Virus record (IMG/VR): IMGVR_UViG_3300032259_000012
Location: 1-32,876 of that record
DNA length: 32,876 bases
Source of the DNA: a virus
Lineage: Duplodnaviria; Caudoviricetes
Direction: 5' to 3' (one strand)
Part shown: one piece after another, positions 1-8,242 of the stretch
How positions within the stretch are numbered: position 1 is the stretch's first letter
Layout: every line of letters begins with the position of its first letter
Translations under genes and position numbers: made by a program
Notes under the pieces: generated by a model
What the model saw: only the letters and a program-made list of their open reading frames with translations
Databases searched by the model: none
Told to the model about the DNA's origin: nothing

Positions 1-2
1 AT

Positions 3-1682
3 CCTAAAGTAGGCCAGATTATAAAAGAGCTTATAGAGCCTGCTCCTGCTCCTAAGCCTGAGCCAGAGATTGGTGGCCCTAGCTGGTTAGAAATCTTTGA
101 TAAGAACGGATCTCCTATAACGCTAGATGCAAGCCAAGAGCTAGCTGTAGAGAAGGCTATATCTGGTCAGTCATTCTGCCTAGTTGGCGCGGCTGGTACA
201 GGTAAGACTACTTGTGTACAAGCGATACTCTTAGCTATGCTTGAACACCACAGCGATGTGCTAGTAGATGTATCCTACCGTATTCAGGGTACAGGCCAGA
301 GAGAAGTGGCCCCATCTATAGCTATCTGTGCATTTACCAATAAGGCTGTGCGTAACATGGCGGCTAAAGCTCTATCTAACCCTAAACTAGAACAAGCATT
401 TGGCGCCGGGCCGAACATAACTACATTCCACAACCTGCTAGAGTACACTAGAGCGGAAGTATATAATCCTAATCTAGGCCATGCCACTATGCAGTTTGTA
501 CCGGGTAAAGGTAAGGATAACCTGCTAGATATTAACAAGCTTATAGTGGAAGAAGGTTCTATGGTAGGTGTAGGTAACAAGCAGATATGGAACTATACCT
601 ATGATGCACTACCTGAGGGTATGCAGATAATTATCCTAGGGGATATAAATCAGATACCTCCAGTAGGTGGCAAGCCGCTGCTATCCTATGCTATCTGTCA
701 GCTACCAGTGGTAGAGTTAAATAAAATACATAGGCAGGCGGCAGATAATCCTATTATACAGGAGGCGTATAAGGTACTACAAGGTAAGATGCCTTGCACT
801 AATCTAATTGAAGGCGGAGCCGCTGGGGTAGAGATATTAGGAGGCAAATCTAAAGAGCGAGTAGGGCATTCTAAGTTCAAATTAGGCTGTAGTAGGTACT
901 TAGTATCTGCAATAGATAAAGGACTCTATGATCCTTTTGAAGATATGATACTGCTACCTTATAATAAAGAGAACGCTCGTTCTATAGCAGCCTTTGATAT
1001 AAACAATTCTATCGGCGATGCATTAGCTAAGAAACATGGGGATATAGTATGGGAGATACGTACTGGATTCCGCTGTCTCTATCTCCGGGTCGGAGACCGT
1101 GTATTCGCTAATAAAATAGATGGTAAGGTAATAAACATCAAAGCTAATCCATCCTATACAGGCCAGAGAGTACAGCCTGAATCGGTGACACTAGATTATT
1201 GGGGCCATGATTCCAATTCTATTGTAGATTTCGATGCACTATCTGGAGGTGTAACAGAGTTTGATTACTCTAACCTAGATATAGATGCAGTACCTGATAC
1301 AGAGGATGAGTCTACTAGTCGGGCCGCCTCTCATATGGTAGATATCCAGCTAGAGACTGGCGAGGTGGTAACACTATCTAGGGCCGGGGACTTTGCAGAT
1401 AACACTTTCAGTTTAGGCTATGCACTCACAGTACACAAAGCTCAGGGTAGCGAGTGGCCTAGAGTATTCTTTATAGTACATGACTCTCACCACAGTATGA
1501 GATTCCGTGAGCTACTGTATACAGCCATGACCCGAGCTAGTAAGAAACTAGTGATACTAGGACAAGAGCATACTATTAAAACTATGGTAGATAACCCAAG
1601 AATCAAGGGCCATACCCTAGCAGATAAGATAGAGTTCTTTAATGGGGGCTATCTGCAAGAGAAGGCAGATATAGTTAAATAA
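3..1682 (+). CDS. RecD2/Dda-like SF1B DNA helicase (5'-truncated; true start upstream of the window)
   Basis: The frame is open from position 3 and has Walker A GAAGTGKTT (~186-212) upstream of the track's ATG at 237. Also motif Ia AFTNKAV, II-like IVEEGSMV, III LGDINQIPPV, IV LNKIHRQA, V YALTVHKAQGSEW, VI LLYTAMTRA. Confidence 0.93.
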   Translation, partial: PKVGQIIKELIEPAPAPKPEPEIGGPSWLEIFDKNGSPITLDASQELAVEKAISGQSFCLVGAAGTGKTTCVQAILLAMLEHHSDVLVDVSYRIQGTGQREVAPSIAICAFTNKAVRNMAAKALSNPKLEQAFGAGPNITTFHNLLEYTRAEVYNPNLGHATMQFVPGKGKDNLLDINKLIVEEGSMVGVGNKQIWNYTYDALPEGMQIIILGDINQIPPVGGKPLLSYAICQLPVVELNKIHRQAADNPIIQEAYKVLQGKMPCTNLIEGGAAGVEILGGKSKERVGHSKFKLGCSRYLVSAIDKGLYDPFEDMILLPYNKENARSIAAFDINNSIGDALAKKHGDIVWEIRTGFRCLYLRVGDRVFANKIDGKVINIKANPSYTGQRVQPESVTLDYWGHDSNSIVDFDALSGGVTEFDYSNLDIDAVPDTEDESTSRAASHMVDIQLETGEVVTLSRAGDFADNTFSLGYALTVHKAQGSEWPRVFFIVHDSHHSMRFRELLYTAMTRASKKLVILGQEHTIKTMVDNPRIKGHTLADKIEFFNGGYLQEKADIVK

Positions 1683-1702
1683 GTATTAAAGGAGCATAGA
1701 TA

Positions 1703-1894
1703 ATGAAAGACCCAGATTTTGAACTTATGATGTTAAAGGCTAAGAAGCATGAGCTGGCAGATAAATTAGCTACTTATGCGGAAGATTCTGCCAAGTATCC
1801 ACAGTTAACCCCTAAAGGTCGTAAACTAAAGAAAGCTATAGACTTATGTAAAGCTAATGGGTATGCAGTAACAGCTCCAATGGAGATTAGCTAA
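1703..1894 (+). CDS. hypothetical small basic protein
   Basis: AGGAG RBS upstream; TAATG stop/start overlap with the next gene. Confidence 0.7.
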   Translation: MKDPDFELMMLKAKKHELADKLATYAEDSAKYPQLTPKGRKLKKAIDLCKANGYAVTAPMEIS

Positions 1895-2175
1895 TGACTA
1901 AGATACACGTACCACCTAAGGTATATACCTTAGTAGTATGTCGGATATATGAAGACGATGATATCTGGCAGATGCTCTCTCCTACAGGAGCTATACTAAA
2001 GTTCGAATCTAAGAGCGCAGTATATAGGTATGTATCTGGTATTAATACTAAAGCCCGTAGGCAGGGCAAAGTATATCAACCTTACTTTGCTCCTGATTAT
2101 AGAAAAGAGCTTATCTGGACTAGTATAATCCTAATACTAGCGTATACACTATTAGCGGGGCTTATTTATGCCTAA
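1894..2175 (+). CDS. hypothetical protein with C-terminal transmembrane helix
   Basis: GGAG RBS, coupled start, hydrophobic C-terminus LIWTSIILILAYTLLAGLIYA. Confidence 0.65.
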   Translation: MTKIHVPPKVYTLVVCRIYEDDDIWQMLSPTGAILKFESKSAVYRYVSGINTKARRQGKVYQPYFAPDYRKELIWTSIILILAYTLLAGLIYA

Positions 2176-2578
2176 TCATCCAGGATACATTCAGCCTATC
2201 CCTAAGGTATTCCAACTGGCTATTAAGTCTATCCAGAATCCTGATATACGTCCTAGTATATCCTATGAGTATCTAGAGTGGATACTAGGAGACGATGTAC
2301 CTAGGCGGGATGAGGTATATAGGACTACTCCTAATAAAGACTGGACAGATATTATACTGCAAGTACCCAAGCTTCATTGGGGTACAGTCTGTTTAAGTTG
2401 TGGGGATAAGCGCCCTTATGGGGCTACAGTATTACATCAGTGCCCGCTTTGCCTAGACAGTGTGGTATATACAAAAGGACTACTAGAAATCTTAGCAGCT
2501 TTAATAGATTTCCCAGTAGATGAGATTCATAGGTTCATCCTAGATATGGAGTTTAAACATGGCAGCAATACAGATTAA
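2168..2578 (+). CDS. hypothetical zinc-ribbon protein
   Basis: CLSC...CPLC (two CxxC motifs); overlaps both neighbours in the operon. Confidence 0.7.
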   Translation: MPNHPGYIQPIPKVFQLAIKSIQNPDIRPSISYEYLEWILGDDVPRRDEVYRTTPNKDWTDIILQVPKLHWGTVCLSCGDKRPYGATVLHQCPLCLDSVVYTKGLLEILAALIDFPVDEIHRFILDMEFKHGSNTD

Positions 2579-2837
2579 GGATGTGTGGGATAGCCTAGTG
2601 CTGCACTCTACAGTAACAGTAACCATCCCTATCAACTACGAAAGAGAGTTTAAGTTAGCTCTATCTAAACATAAACATCGTACACGTGAAGAGTATAAAG
2701 AGTTAGTACATAGAGCAGCTAAGCTCCAGTATAAGATGCTCTCCACAAATCATGCTAGGGAAGAGACTAAGATCAAGATAGACTTAGCTGTCCCAGCTAA
2801 CATCATTATAAATATGGAGACTCCTAATGGCGTTTAA
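2559..2837 (+). CDS. hypothetical protein
   Basis: GGAG RBS before ATG; operon packing. Confidence 0.7.
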   Translation: MAAIQIKDVWDSLVLHSTVTVTIPINYEREFKLALSKHKHRTREEYKELVHRAAKLQYKMLSTNHAREETKIKIDLAVPANIIINMETPNGV

Positions 2838-3474
2838 TTTTACTAGAAAGCCCGCTAAACCTAATACTGAGACGGAACAGAAGGGCACAGAGGTAGTAAA
2901 GAAGCAGGTGCCTCCGGCGGTTGTGAAGGAAGTAGGGCAAGTACGGGTAGGTGTAAAGGTAGATGTTAAATCTAAGATACAACTGAAGATCCCAGTATCT
3001 GAAGCTGAGCAAGCACAAGCTATGCAGGTAGTAATACCTAATACTATTGAGAATCTGGAAGCTAGGGCAGAACTAGCTAAGCAATCCATTGCTACTAGAG
3101 CAGCAGATACAATACCTACTAACACTCCACTAGTAATTGAACCTGATACTCTATTCTCTGATGATATGCAGGGTGGGCCAGGTATGTTACGTAACAGGTT
3201 GCAGCAGCTAGAAGGCTACTTGCAGGATGAAGGTGTACCTATAGCTGATATGAAGCAGGGGCTAGCTTCTGTGCGTAACATGCTAAAGGCTACCCCGGAA
3301 CTAGCTGCTGAATTGCTAGAAGAGGATATAGGATTGATTACTCGCTCTGCTATAGCTCTGACAGGGCAGAAGATACTGGAGAAGAAAGCTCCTAAGAAGA
3401 AATCAGCTACTAAGAAGAGCTATGCAAAGATTACTAGTGCAGGGCTGGATGATGACGACTTGGCAATGATATAA
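2827..3474 (+). CDS. hypothetical protein (low-complexity N-terminus, helical core, Lys-rich then acidic tail)
   Basis: 215 aa ORF with GGAG RBS; ends KKAPKKKSATKKS...LDDDDLAMI. Confidence 0.8.
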   Translation: MAFNFTRKPAKPNTETEQKGTEVVKKQVPPAVVKEVGQVRVGVKVDVKSKIQLKIPVSEAEQAQAMQVVIPNTIENLEARAELAKQSIATRAADTIPTNTPLVIEPDTLFSDDMQGGPGMLRNRLQQLEGYLQDEGVPIADMKQGLASVRNMLKATPELAAELLEEDIGLITRSAIALTGQKILEKKAPKKKSATKKSYAKITSAGLDDDDLAMI

Positions 3475-3483
3475 GGAGCTAGG

Positions 3484-3690
3484 ATGATGCCCGCATATAG
3501 TATGACATGGCAGGAGTTTAAGACTAAGGCAGAAGCTCAAGGTGTTACAGATAATACTATCATCTGCTATGATGATATGAATTTTCCTGGGGCAGATGAG
3601 GCTGAGTCTTTTGATGAGAGCTGTTGGGACTATGATAAAGAGGCAGATGAACTACGGGTTAGATCACTGCTATGGGAGCCAGTGGACTGA
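3484..3690 (+). CDS. small acidic hypothetical protein
   Basis: AAGGAG RBS; 17 D/E in 68 aa; TGATG coupling to the nuclease gene. Confidence 0.7.
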   Translation: MMPAYSMTWQEFKTKAEAQGVTDNTIICYDDMNFPGADEAESFDESCWDYDKEADELRVRSLLWEPVD

Positions 3691-4622
3691 TGAATATCCA
3701 AATACCCATCCAGCCTACCACCACTCTAGATCCGCGTCGCCACCTACGCCTATCCTACTCTACTCTAGAGCTAGCTAATAAGTGTGAGCGTCTACTAGCA
3801 CTAAAGAAGTTCTATGCCATAGATGATTTTGAAGATGATGATCCAGATGATAACCCTCATTTCACCTATGGGACAGCTCTAGGTGCTGGCCTACAAACTC
3901 TGCTAATGACAGAGGATTTAGATGCTGCTATCTTTGAAGCATTCAAGCACTACAGTTTTGAAGAGACAGATGTTAAGTGCTTTGAAGGTATTGTTAAAGG
4001 TCTAATGGACTTCCATGCTAACTGGGACTATGACAGATTTGAAGTAGCTACTATGAATGGCAAGGCTGCTGTAGAGTTATCCTTTAAGGTAGTGCTGGAT
4101 AAAGAGGAGAATGATTACTACTGTGGGTTTGTAGATGTAGTACTGATAGATAGGATTACTGGTACCTACTATGTGGTAGAGATTAAAACTACTGGCCTCA
4201 TGCTACAAGATCTAAAACCCCTGTACTCTAACTCTGCCCAAGGACTAGGATATACTATCTTATTAGACCATATCAAACCTGGGCTTACTAATATGGGAGT
4301 ACTGTACTTTGTATTCCAATTAAAACGTACATGGATACCTGAGTTCCATATCTATCCATTTGTTAAGACTACTAAGCAAAGACTAGGCTGGCTATTGACA
4401 TTGAAATTAGACTATGATAGACTGGTTAGCTTAATCCACATGCAGTATTACCCTATGCGAGGTAGCGCTTGTCTATCCTATATGAAGCCCTGCCAACTGT
4501 ATGGTGTGTGTGATATAGATATGCTCCAGTTACCCAAAGCTCCAGTTAAACCAGAGATAGACTGGTCGTATACTGTAGAGCTAGATACTTTAATAGAAGA
4601 GCAGATGGAGATAATGGGATGA
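3690..4622 (+). CDS. Cas4/RecB-like PD-(D/E)xK exonuclease with probable Fe-S cluster
   Basis: SYSTL..KC (N-terminal Cys), E...GFVDVV...VVEIKTT, QGLGY, C-terminal C-x6-C-x5-C. Start moved to the coupled ATG at 3690. Confidence 0.88.
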   Translation: MNIQIPIQPTTTLDPRRHLRLSYSTLELANKCERLLALKKFYAIDDFEDDDPDDNPHFTYGTALGAGLQTLLMTEDLDAAIFEAFKHYSFEETDVKCFEGIVKGLMDFHANWDYDRFEVATMNGKAAVELSFKVVLDKEENDYYCGFVDVVLIDRITGTYYVVEIKTTGLMLQDLKPLYSNSAQGLGYTILLDHIKPGLTNMGVLYFVFQLKRTWIPEFHIYPFVKTTKQRLGWLLTLKLDYDRLVSLIHMQYYPMRGSACLSYMKPCQLYGVCDIDMLQLPKAPVKPEIDWSYTVELDTLIEEQMEIMG

Positions 4623-4801
4623 ACAATATGGAGCCACTAACTATACTTGAAGCAGAGGCTATGACATGCCCATTCAGGGCTAAGCCCGATAATGAGTATG
4701 ATACAAAGTGTGTATCCAATACCTGTATAGCATGGCGGTGGACATACAAACCTGATAAAGAGGGAGTATGTGCATTAGTCTCAAATAGGATTCCAGACTA
4801 A
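4619..4801 (+). CDS. small Cys-rich phage protein
   Basis: CPF...CVSNTCIAWRW...GVC pattern; ATGA overlap with the upstream gene. Confidence 0.7.
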   Translation: MNNMEPLTILEAEAMTCPFRAKPDNEYDTKCVSNTCIAWRWTYKPDKEGVCALVSNRIPD

Positions 4802-5124
4802 TGGGATACAAACAGCCGCCAACTCTACCAGAGTATCTAGCTAGATGCTACTACAATCCAGAGACTGGGTGTCTATCATGGCTAGGAGCTACCACTGGCT
4901 TTGGCTATGCAGTAGCTAAGCGAGAGCAGAAGACTGTATTCTTGCATAAGTTTGTGTATGAGCAAGAGCATGGGCCAGTACCAAAGGGTTATGTAGTAAC
5001 TCATACCTGTCCTAATCCAGAGTGCTTAGAGATTACACATCTTAAAGCTGTAATTGATAAACGCTATGCTACTATAGTAGTGGCTAAGCCTACCCTAACA
5101 TTACCACCACTAAGGATATATTAA
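4801..5124 (+). CDS. HNH endonuclease-like protein, probably catalytically degenerate
   Basis: GCLSWLG..GY...HKFVYE..HGPVPKG..VTHTCPNPEC...HL matches the phage HNH_3 pattern but lacks the conserved Asn residues. Confidence 0.75.
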   Translation: MGYKQPPTLPEYLARCYYNPETGCLSWLGATTGFGYAVAKREQKTVFLHKFVYEQEHGPVPKGYVVTHTCPNPECLEITHLKAVIDKRYATIVVAKPTLTLPPLRIY

Positions 5125-5126
5125 TT

Positions 5127-6122
5127 ATGAATCTAGATGAACTAGCTATTAAGTACCACAATGCAGAAGATCGTGTATCCCGTACACTGCTATGGGGTAA
5201 GCCCCGTGGTGGTAAGACTGCCTTTGCTGCGACCATAGCTAAGTTACCTGAGATAGACCGGGTATTCTGGTTTGACCTAGAGTCTGGGCTAGAGACTGTA
5301 ATCTTTGATGATGAACTGCCAGAGCATTATAGACTGACAGCAGAAGAGCGCCAGAAGATTACAGTGATACGGGTACAAGATACACCCGCCCTACCCCTAG
5401 CTGCCTATACTATCCTGAAAGCCTTCTCTGCTACTAAGCCTGAGTCAATCTGTGAAGGGCATGGTAAGATTGACTGCCCTGTATGTAAAGCTAATGGTAC
5501 TCCCAGTGTGCTATTCAATCTAGCATCCCTTACACCTAGAGATGCAGTCGTAATTGATTCAGGTTCTCAGTTAGCAGACTCTATAGTTAATATGAAACTT
5601 AATACTATGAAGAATGCTAATGGCTCTGACGTACATCTAATGCAGGTGTATGGTGCGGCAGGACTTGATCTAACAGCAGTGTTCTCTATGCTACAAGCAG
5701 CTAATACCAACTGCATTGTATGTACCCATGAAGTAGACACTGTTAATAAGAAAGAAGTAGCTACAGGCACATTCCCACTAGTAGGCTCACAAGCTTATTC
5801 TAAGAAGGTAGGTAAATACTTCGGCCATGTAGTCTATTGTGAATTTAAAGCTAAGAAGTTTATTAAAGGTAGTCATCCTAGCTACAAACAAGATTATATT
5901 ACTGGCTCTAGAACAGGGGCCAGACTGGAGAACGTCGACAATCCTGTCATGAAGGATCTAATATACCCAGATAAATCAAAGGAGACAGCTACTAATGGAA
6001 GACCCGTAATAGGAGGCGGCCCCGCCGCTATAGCTAAAGCTACAGCACCAACTAAACAAACAGCTACATCTAAGCAGGCTAGCCCTGCAATTAAACCAAA
6101 ACTAAACTTAACTCATAGATAA
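5127..6122 (+). CDS. Sak4-like (AAA_24) ATPase / single-strand annealing recombinase
   Basis: LLWGKPRGGKT Walker A, FDLESG, VVIDSGSQL Walker B, CTHE; lies between an exonuclease and an SSB-like gene. Confidence 0.8.
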   Translation: MNLDELAIKYHNAEDRVSRTLLWGKPRGGKTAFAATIAKLPEIDRVFWFDLESGLETVIFDDELPEHYRLTAEERQKITVIRVQDTPALPLAAYTILKAFSATKPESICEGHGKIDCPVCKANGTPSVLFNLASLTPRDAVVIDSGSQLADSIVNMKLNTMKNANGSDVHLMQVYGAAGLDLTAVFSMLQAANTNCIVCTHEVDTVNKKEVATGTFPLVGSQAYSKKVGKYFGHVVYCEFKAKKFIKGSHPSYKQDYITGSRTGARLENVDNPVMKDLIYPDKSKETATNGRPVIGGGPAAIAKATAPTKQTATSKQASPAIKPKLNLTHR

Positions 6123-6134
6123 GGAATACATAAC

Positions 6135-6659
6135 ATGAATACAAATACAGATACAGCACTGGACATGGAAGATAGCTTGGACTTCGATCTGGATGCAAAT
6201 CTAGATGATGTAGAGGATATAATTGACTTTCAAAATCCTGTCGATGGCTCCCATGTATTACGTATCGGCGACTGCTCTATCCAGAAGGTAGGTAAGGAAG
6301 AGATTCCTATGGTAGTATTTACCTACCAACATGTGCGTACTATCACCCAGGTAAATGCAGATGAACCAGCTAGTGCTGTAGGTTCATTGTTCAGTGAACG
6401 CTTTGGTGGTAACAAGCAGGGTAAAGCCTTCTTGAAGAAACGTATGAAGCAGTTACTAGGCGATGCCCTACAGGGTATGTCTATCCGTGATCAGATGCAG
6501 GCAGTTAATGATAACTTCCGTGCAGATTATCATGTGCAGGCTACTACCAAGATCGTCCATAAGGATGGTTACGATAACCTGCGTATCCAGCGTGTAACTG
6601 CTATTGAAGCAGAGGCATTGCCAGAGGGCTATAAGGTATGGGAACCTAAAGCTGATTAA
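6135..6659 (+). CDS. putative ssDNA-binding protein (DUF669-like OB fold)
   Basis: Position after Sak4, AAGGA RBS, acidic N-terminus, beta-rich pattern, followed by a terminator. Inference from synteny. Confidence 0.55.
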   Translation: MNTNTDTALDMEDSLDFDLDANLDDVEDIIDFQNPVDGSHVLRIGDCSIQKVGKEEIPMVVFTYQHVRTITQVNADEPASAVGSLFSERFGGNKQGKAFLKKRMKQLLGDALQGMSIRDQMQAVNDNFRADYHVQATTKIVHKDGYDNLRIQRVTAIEAEALPEGYKVWEPKAD

Positions 6660-6668
6660 GATGTAAGT

Positions 6669-6697
6669 GGGAGTGCTTCGGCGCTCCCTGTCTTTCT
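6669..6697 (+). terminator. Rho-independent terminator
   Basis: GGGAGTGC-TTCG-GCGCTCCC hairpin with a cUUCGg tetraloop, followed by TGTCTTTCT. Confidence 0.8.
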
Positions 6698-6719
6698 ACT
6701 ATTGTAAGGAGTACTGATT

Positions 6720-6986
6720 ATGCAATTAGGTACAGCTATACAGTTAGCACAAGAAGGCTATGCTATTCGCCGAGCTGGATGGAATGGCGCTGGTATGTGG
6801 GTATGCTACGTGGCAGGGTCTACGGTAGATATCAAAGAGGGCTCTCCGTATGCCACTATGGGATTACAGGGTAGGGTAACTATCGACCCTCATATGGATA
6901 TGTACACGGCTCAAGGTACTATGCAACCCGGGTGGCTAGCATCCCAGGCTGATCTACAGGCTACTGATTGGGAACTAGCAGAGTAG
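6720..6986 (+). CDS. tad2: DUF2829 / Thoeris anti-defence Tad2-family signal sponge
   Basis: Family signature AI..AQEG..IRRAGWNG.GMW...PHMDM.TAQG...PGWLASQADLQATDW; 88 aa; AAGGAG RBS. Confidence 0.85.
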   Translation: MQLGTAIQLAQEGYAIRRAGWNGAGMWVCYVAGSTVDIKEGSPYATMGLQGRVTIDPHMDMYTAQGTMQPGWLASQADLQATDWELAE

Positions 6987-6994
6987 GCGAGTAG

Positions 6995-7170
6995 AAAATC
7001 CTTAGTGTATTCCTAGCTAAGGTAGAGAATACGTAGCGCACGGCCTATCTCTATAATCAAAGGCGTAAGAGACCAATTGTTGTATGTCTCAAGTAGGGAT
7101 CGTACCCTAGAGCGGATGCATCTTTCAGGCTAGCAATCCATCGCTAGTAGGCTTCTGCTAAAAACTCTAC
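6995..7170 (+). ncRNA. candidate structured non-coding RNA (pseudoknot plus tRNA-like four-way junction)
   Basis: The largest intergenic gap of the + arm, with no credible ORF and about seven short complementary stems (see findings). Strand assumed from flanking genes. Confidence 0.4.
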
Positions 7171-7194
7171 ATATTATCATTAGGAGTACCTTAC

Positions 7195-7524
7195 ATGAAC
7201 AGAGGTGATATAGAACACCAAGCAGCTACTGCGCTACAGCATTACCGTAGGCGAGTAGACGTAGAATATGGAGAGCAAGCACAAGGTGCATATGCTTTTC
7301 TACATGGACTAATGGATGAGGCACACGCACGTGGCCTACCAGTAGCACAAGAATTTGAAACAACAGAGACTGGGGACTTCCAGTCTATCGTATTCCCAGC
7401 TGTATTAGTACAGCCTTGGAGGCAGGTACTAAAGGAAGCAGGGTTTGAGTTAGTACCGTATATAGCTAGGTTTGAAAGAGACCAGGATTTCTGGGCTAAG
7501 TTAGTAAGAGGAGAGAAGATCTAA
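7195..7524 (+). CDS. hypothetical protein
   Basis: AGGAG RBS; TAATG coupling to the next gene. Confidence 0.75.
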   Translation: MNRGDIEHQAATALQHYRRRVDVEYGEQAQGAYAFLHGLMDEAHARGLPVAQEFETTETGDFQSIVFPAVLVQPWRQVLKEAGFELVPYIARFERDQDFWAKLVRGEKI

Positions 7525-7715
7525 TGGCACAGTCTGACATAGAAGAAAACCCTATAATCTTATTGAGGCTCAAGCCTAGTGAGGCTCTATGGCTATTAGA
7601 AGCTATGCAGAATCCACTGAATGGAATGAATCCTCTGTCAGAATCCTTTATAGATAGCTCTAATAGAGAGACTATACATGCCGCACTACAACAACAAAGG
7701 AAGTACCTATCATGA
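7524..7715 (+). CDS. hypothetical protein
   Basis: Coupled on both sides (TAATG, ATGA). Confidence 0.7.
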   Translation: MAQSDIEENPIILLRLKPSEALWLLEAMQNPLNGMNPLSESFIDSSNRETIHAALQQQRKYLS

Positions 7716-8242
7716 GAGTCATCGGACTAGCTGGATACCCAGGTGTGGGTAAGGATGAAGTAGCTAAGATACTGGCTAACTTTATAGAAGATACTGCTGT
7801 TATATCATTCGCTGATCCACTACGTAAGATAGTAGGGGTGTTAGAGGGCATAGCCCCTCAGGCATTAAAGCTGCAAGAGGTTAAAGCCAGACCTTCTAGA
7901 TTAAATCCAAGCCTATCCCGTAGACAGGTACTAGAATTGATAGGTACCGAAGGAGGCCGAGAGCTTATATCTGATAGTATCTGGGTAGACTTGATGGGTT
8001 TTAAATTGACAGCATTGGAATCCCAGAACTACGATCTAGTAGTTATCCCTGATGTACGATTCATTAATGAGATAGCTATGGTTAAAGCTTTTGATGGTGA
8101 AGTAATATGGATTGACCGGCCAGGCTGTGTATCTACAGGGCATAAGTCTAGCCAAGATATCTCAGGCTTCTGTGATAATACGTTCAGTAATAACTCTACT
8201 ATTAATGACTTAGCTGACACAGTAAGGGATCTATTTCTGTGA
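7712..8242 (+). CDS. deoxynucleoside monophosphate kinase (T4 gp1-like)
   Basis: IGLAGYPGVGKD P-loop, SFADPLR, RQVLELIGTE..R, IWV, VVIPDVRFINE. Confidence 0.92.
   Translation: MRVIGLAGYPGVGKDEVAKILANFIEDTAVISFADPLRKIVGVLEGIAPQALKLQEVKARPSRLNPSLSRRQVLELIGTEGGRELISDSIWVDLMGFKLTALESQNYDLVVIPDVRFINEIAMVKAFDGEVIWIDRPGCVSTGHKSSQDISGFCDNTFSNNSTINDLADTVRDLFL

Noticed and set aside
3690-4622. CRISPR-Cas system suggested by the Cas4-like gene
   Set aside because: No repeat-spacer array or other cas genes; solo Cas4-like nucleases beside Sak4/SSB are ordinary phage recombination genes.
7033-7120. Canonical tRNA gene
   Set aside because: The T-like loop is 6 nt (ATCGTA), the anticodon-like loop is 12 nt, the acceptor stem is imperfect and there is no CCA. 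Kept only as a tRNA-like ncRNA candidate.
6983-7259. 13 bp direct repeat GTAGGCGAGTAGA at 6983 and 7247 as an att site or target duplication
   Set aside because: Only two copies, one inside a CDS. Several 13-mer repeats are expected by chance in 33 kb, and no recombinase is present.
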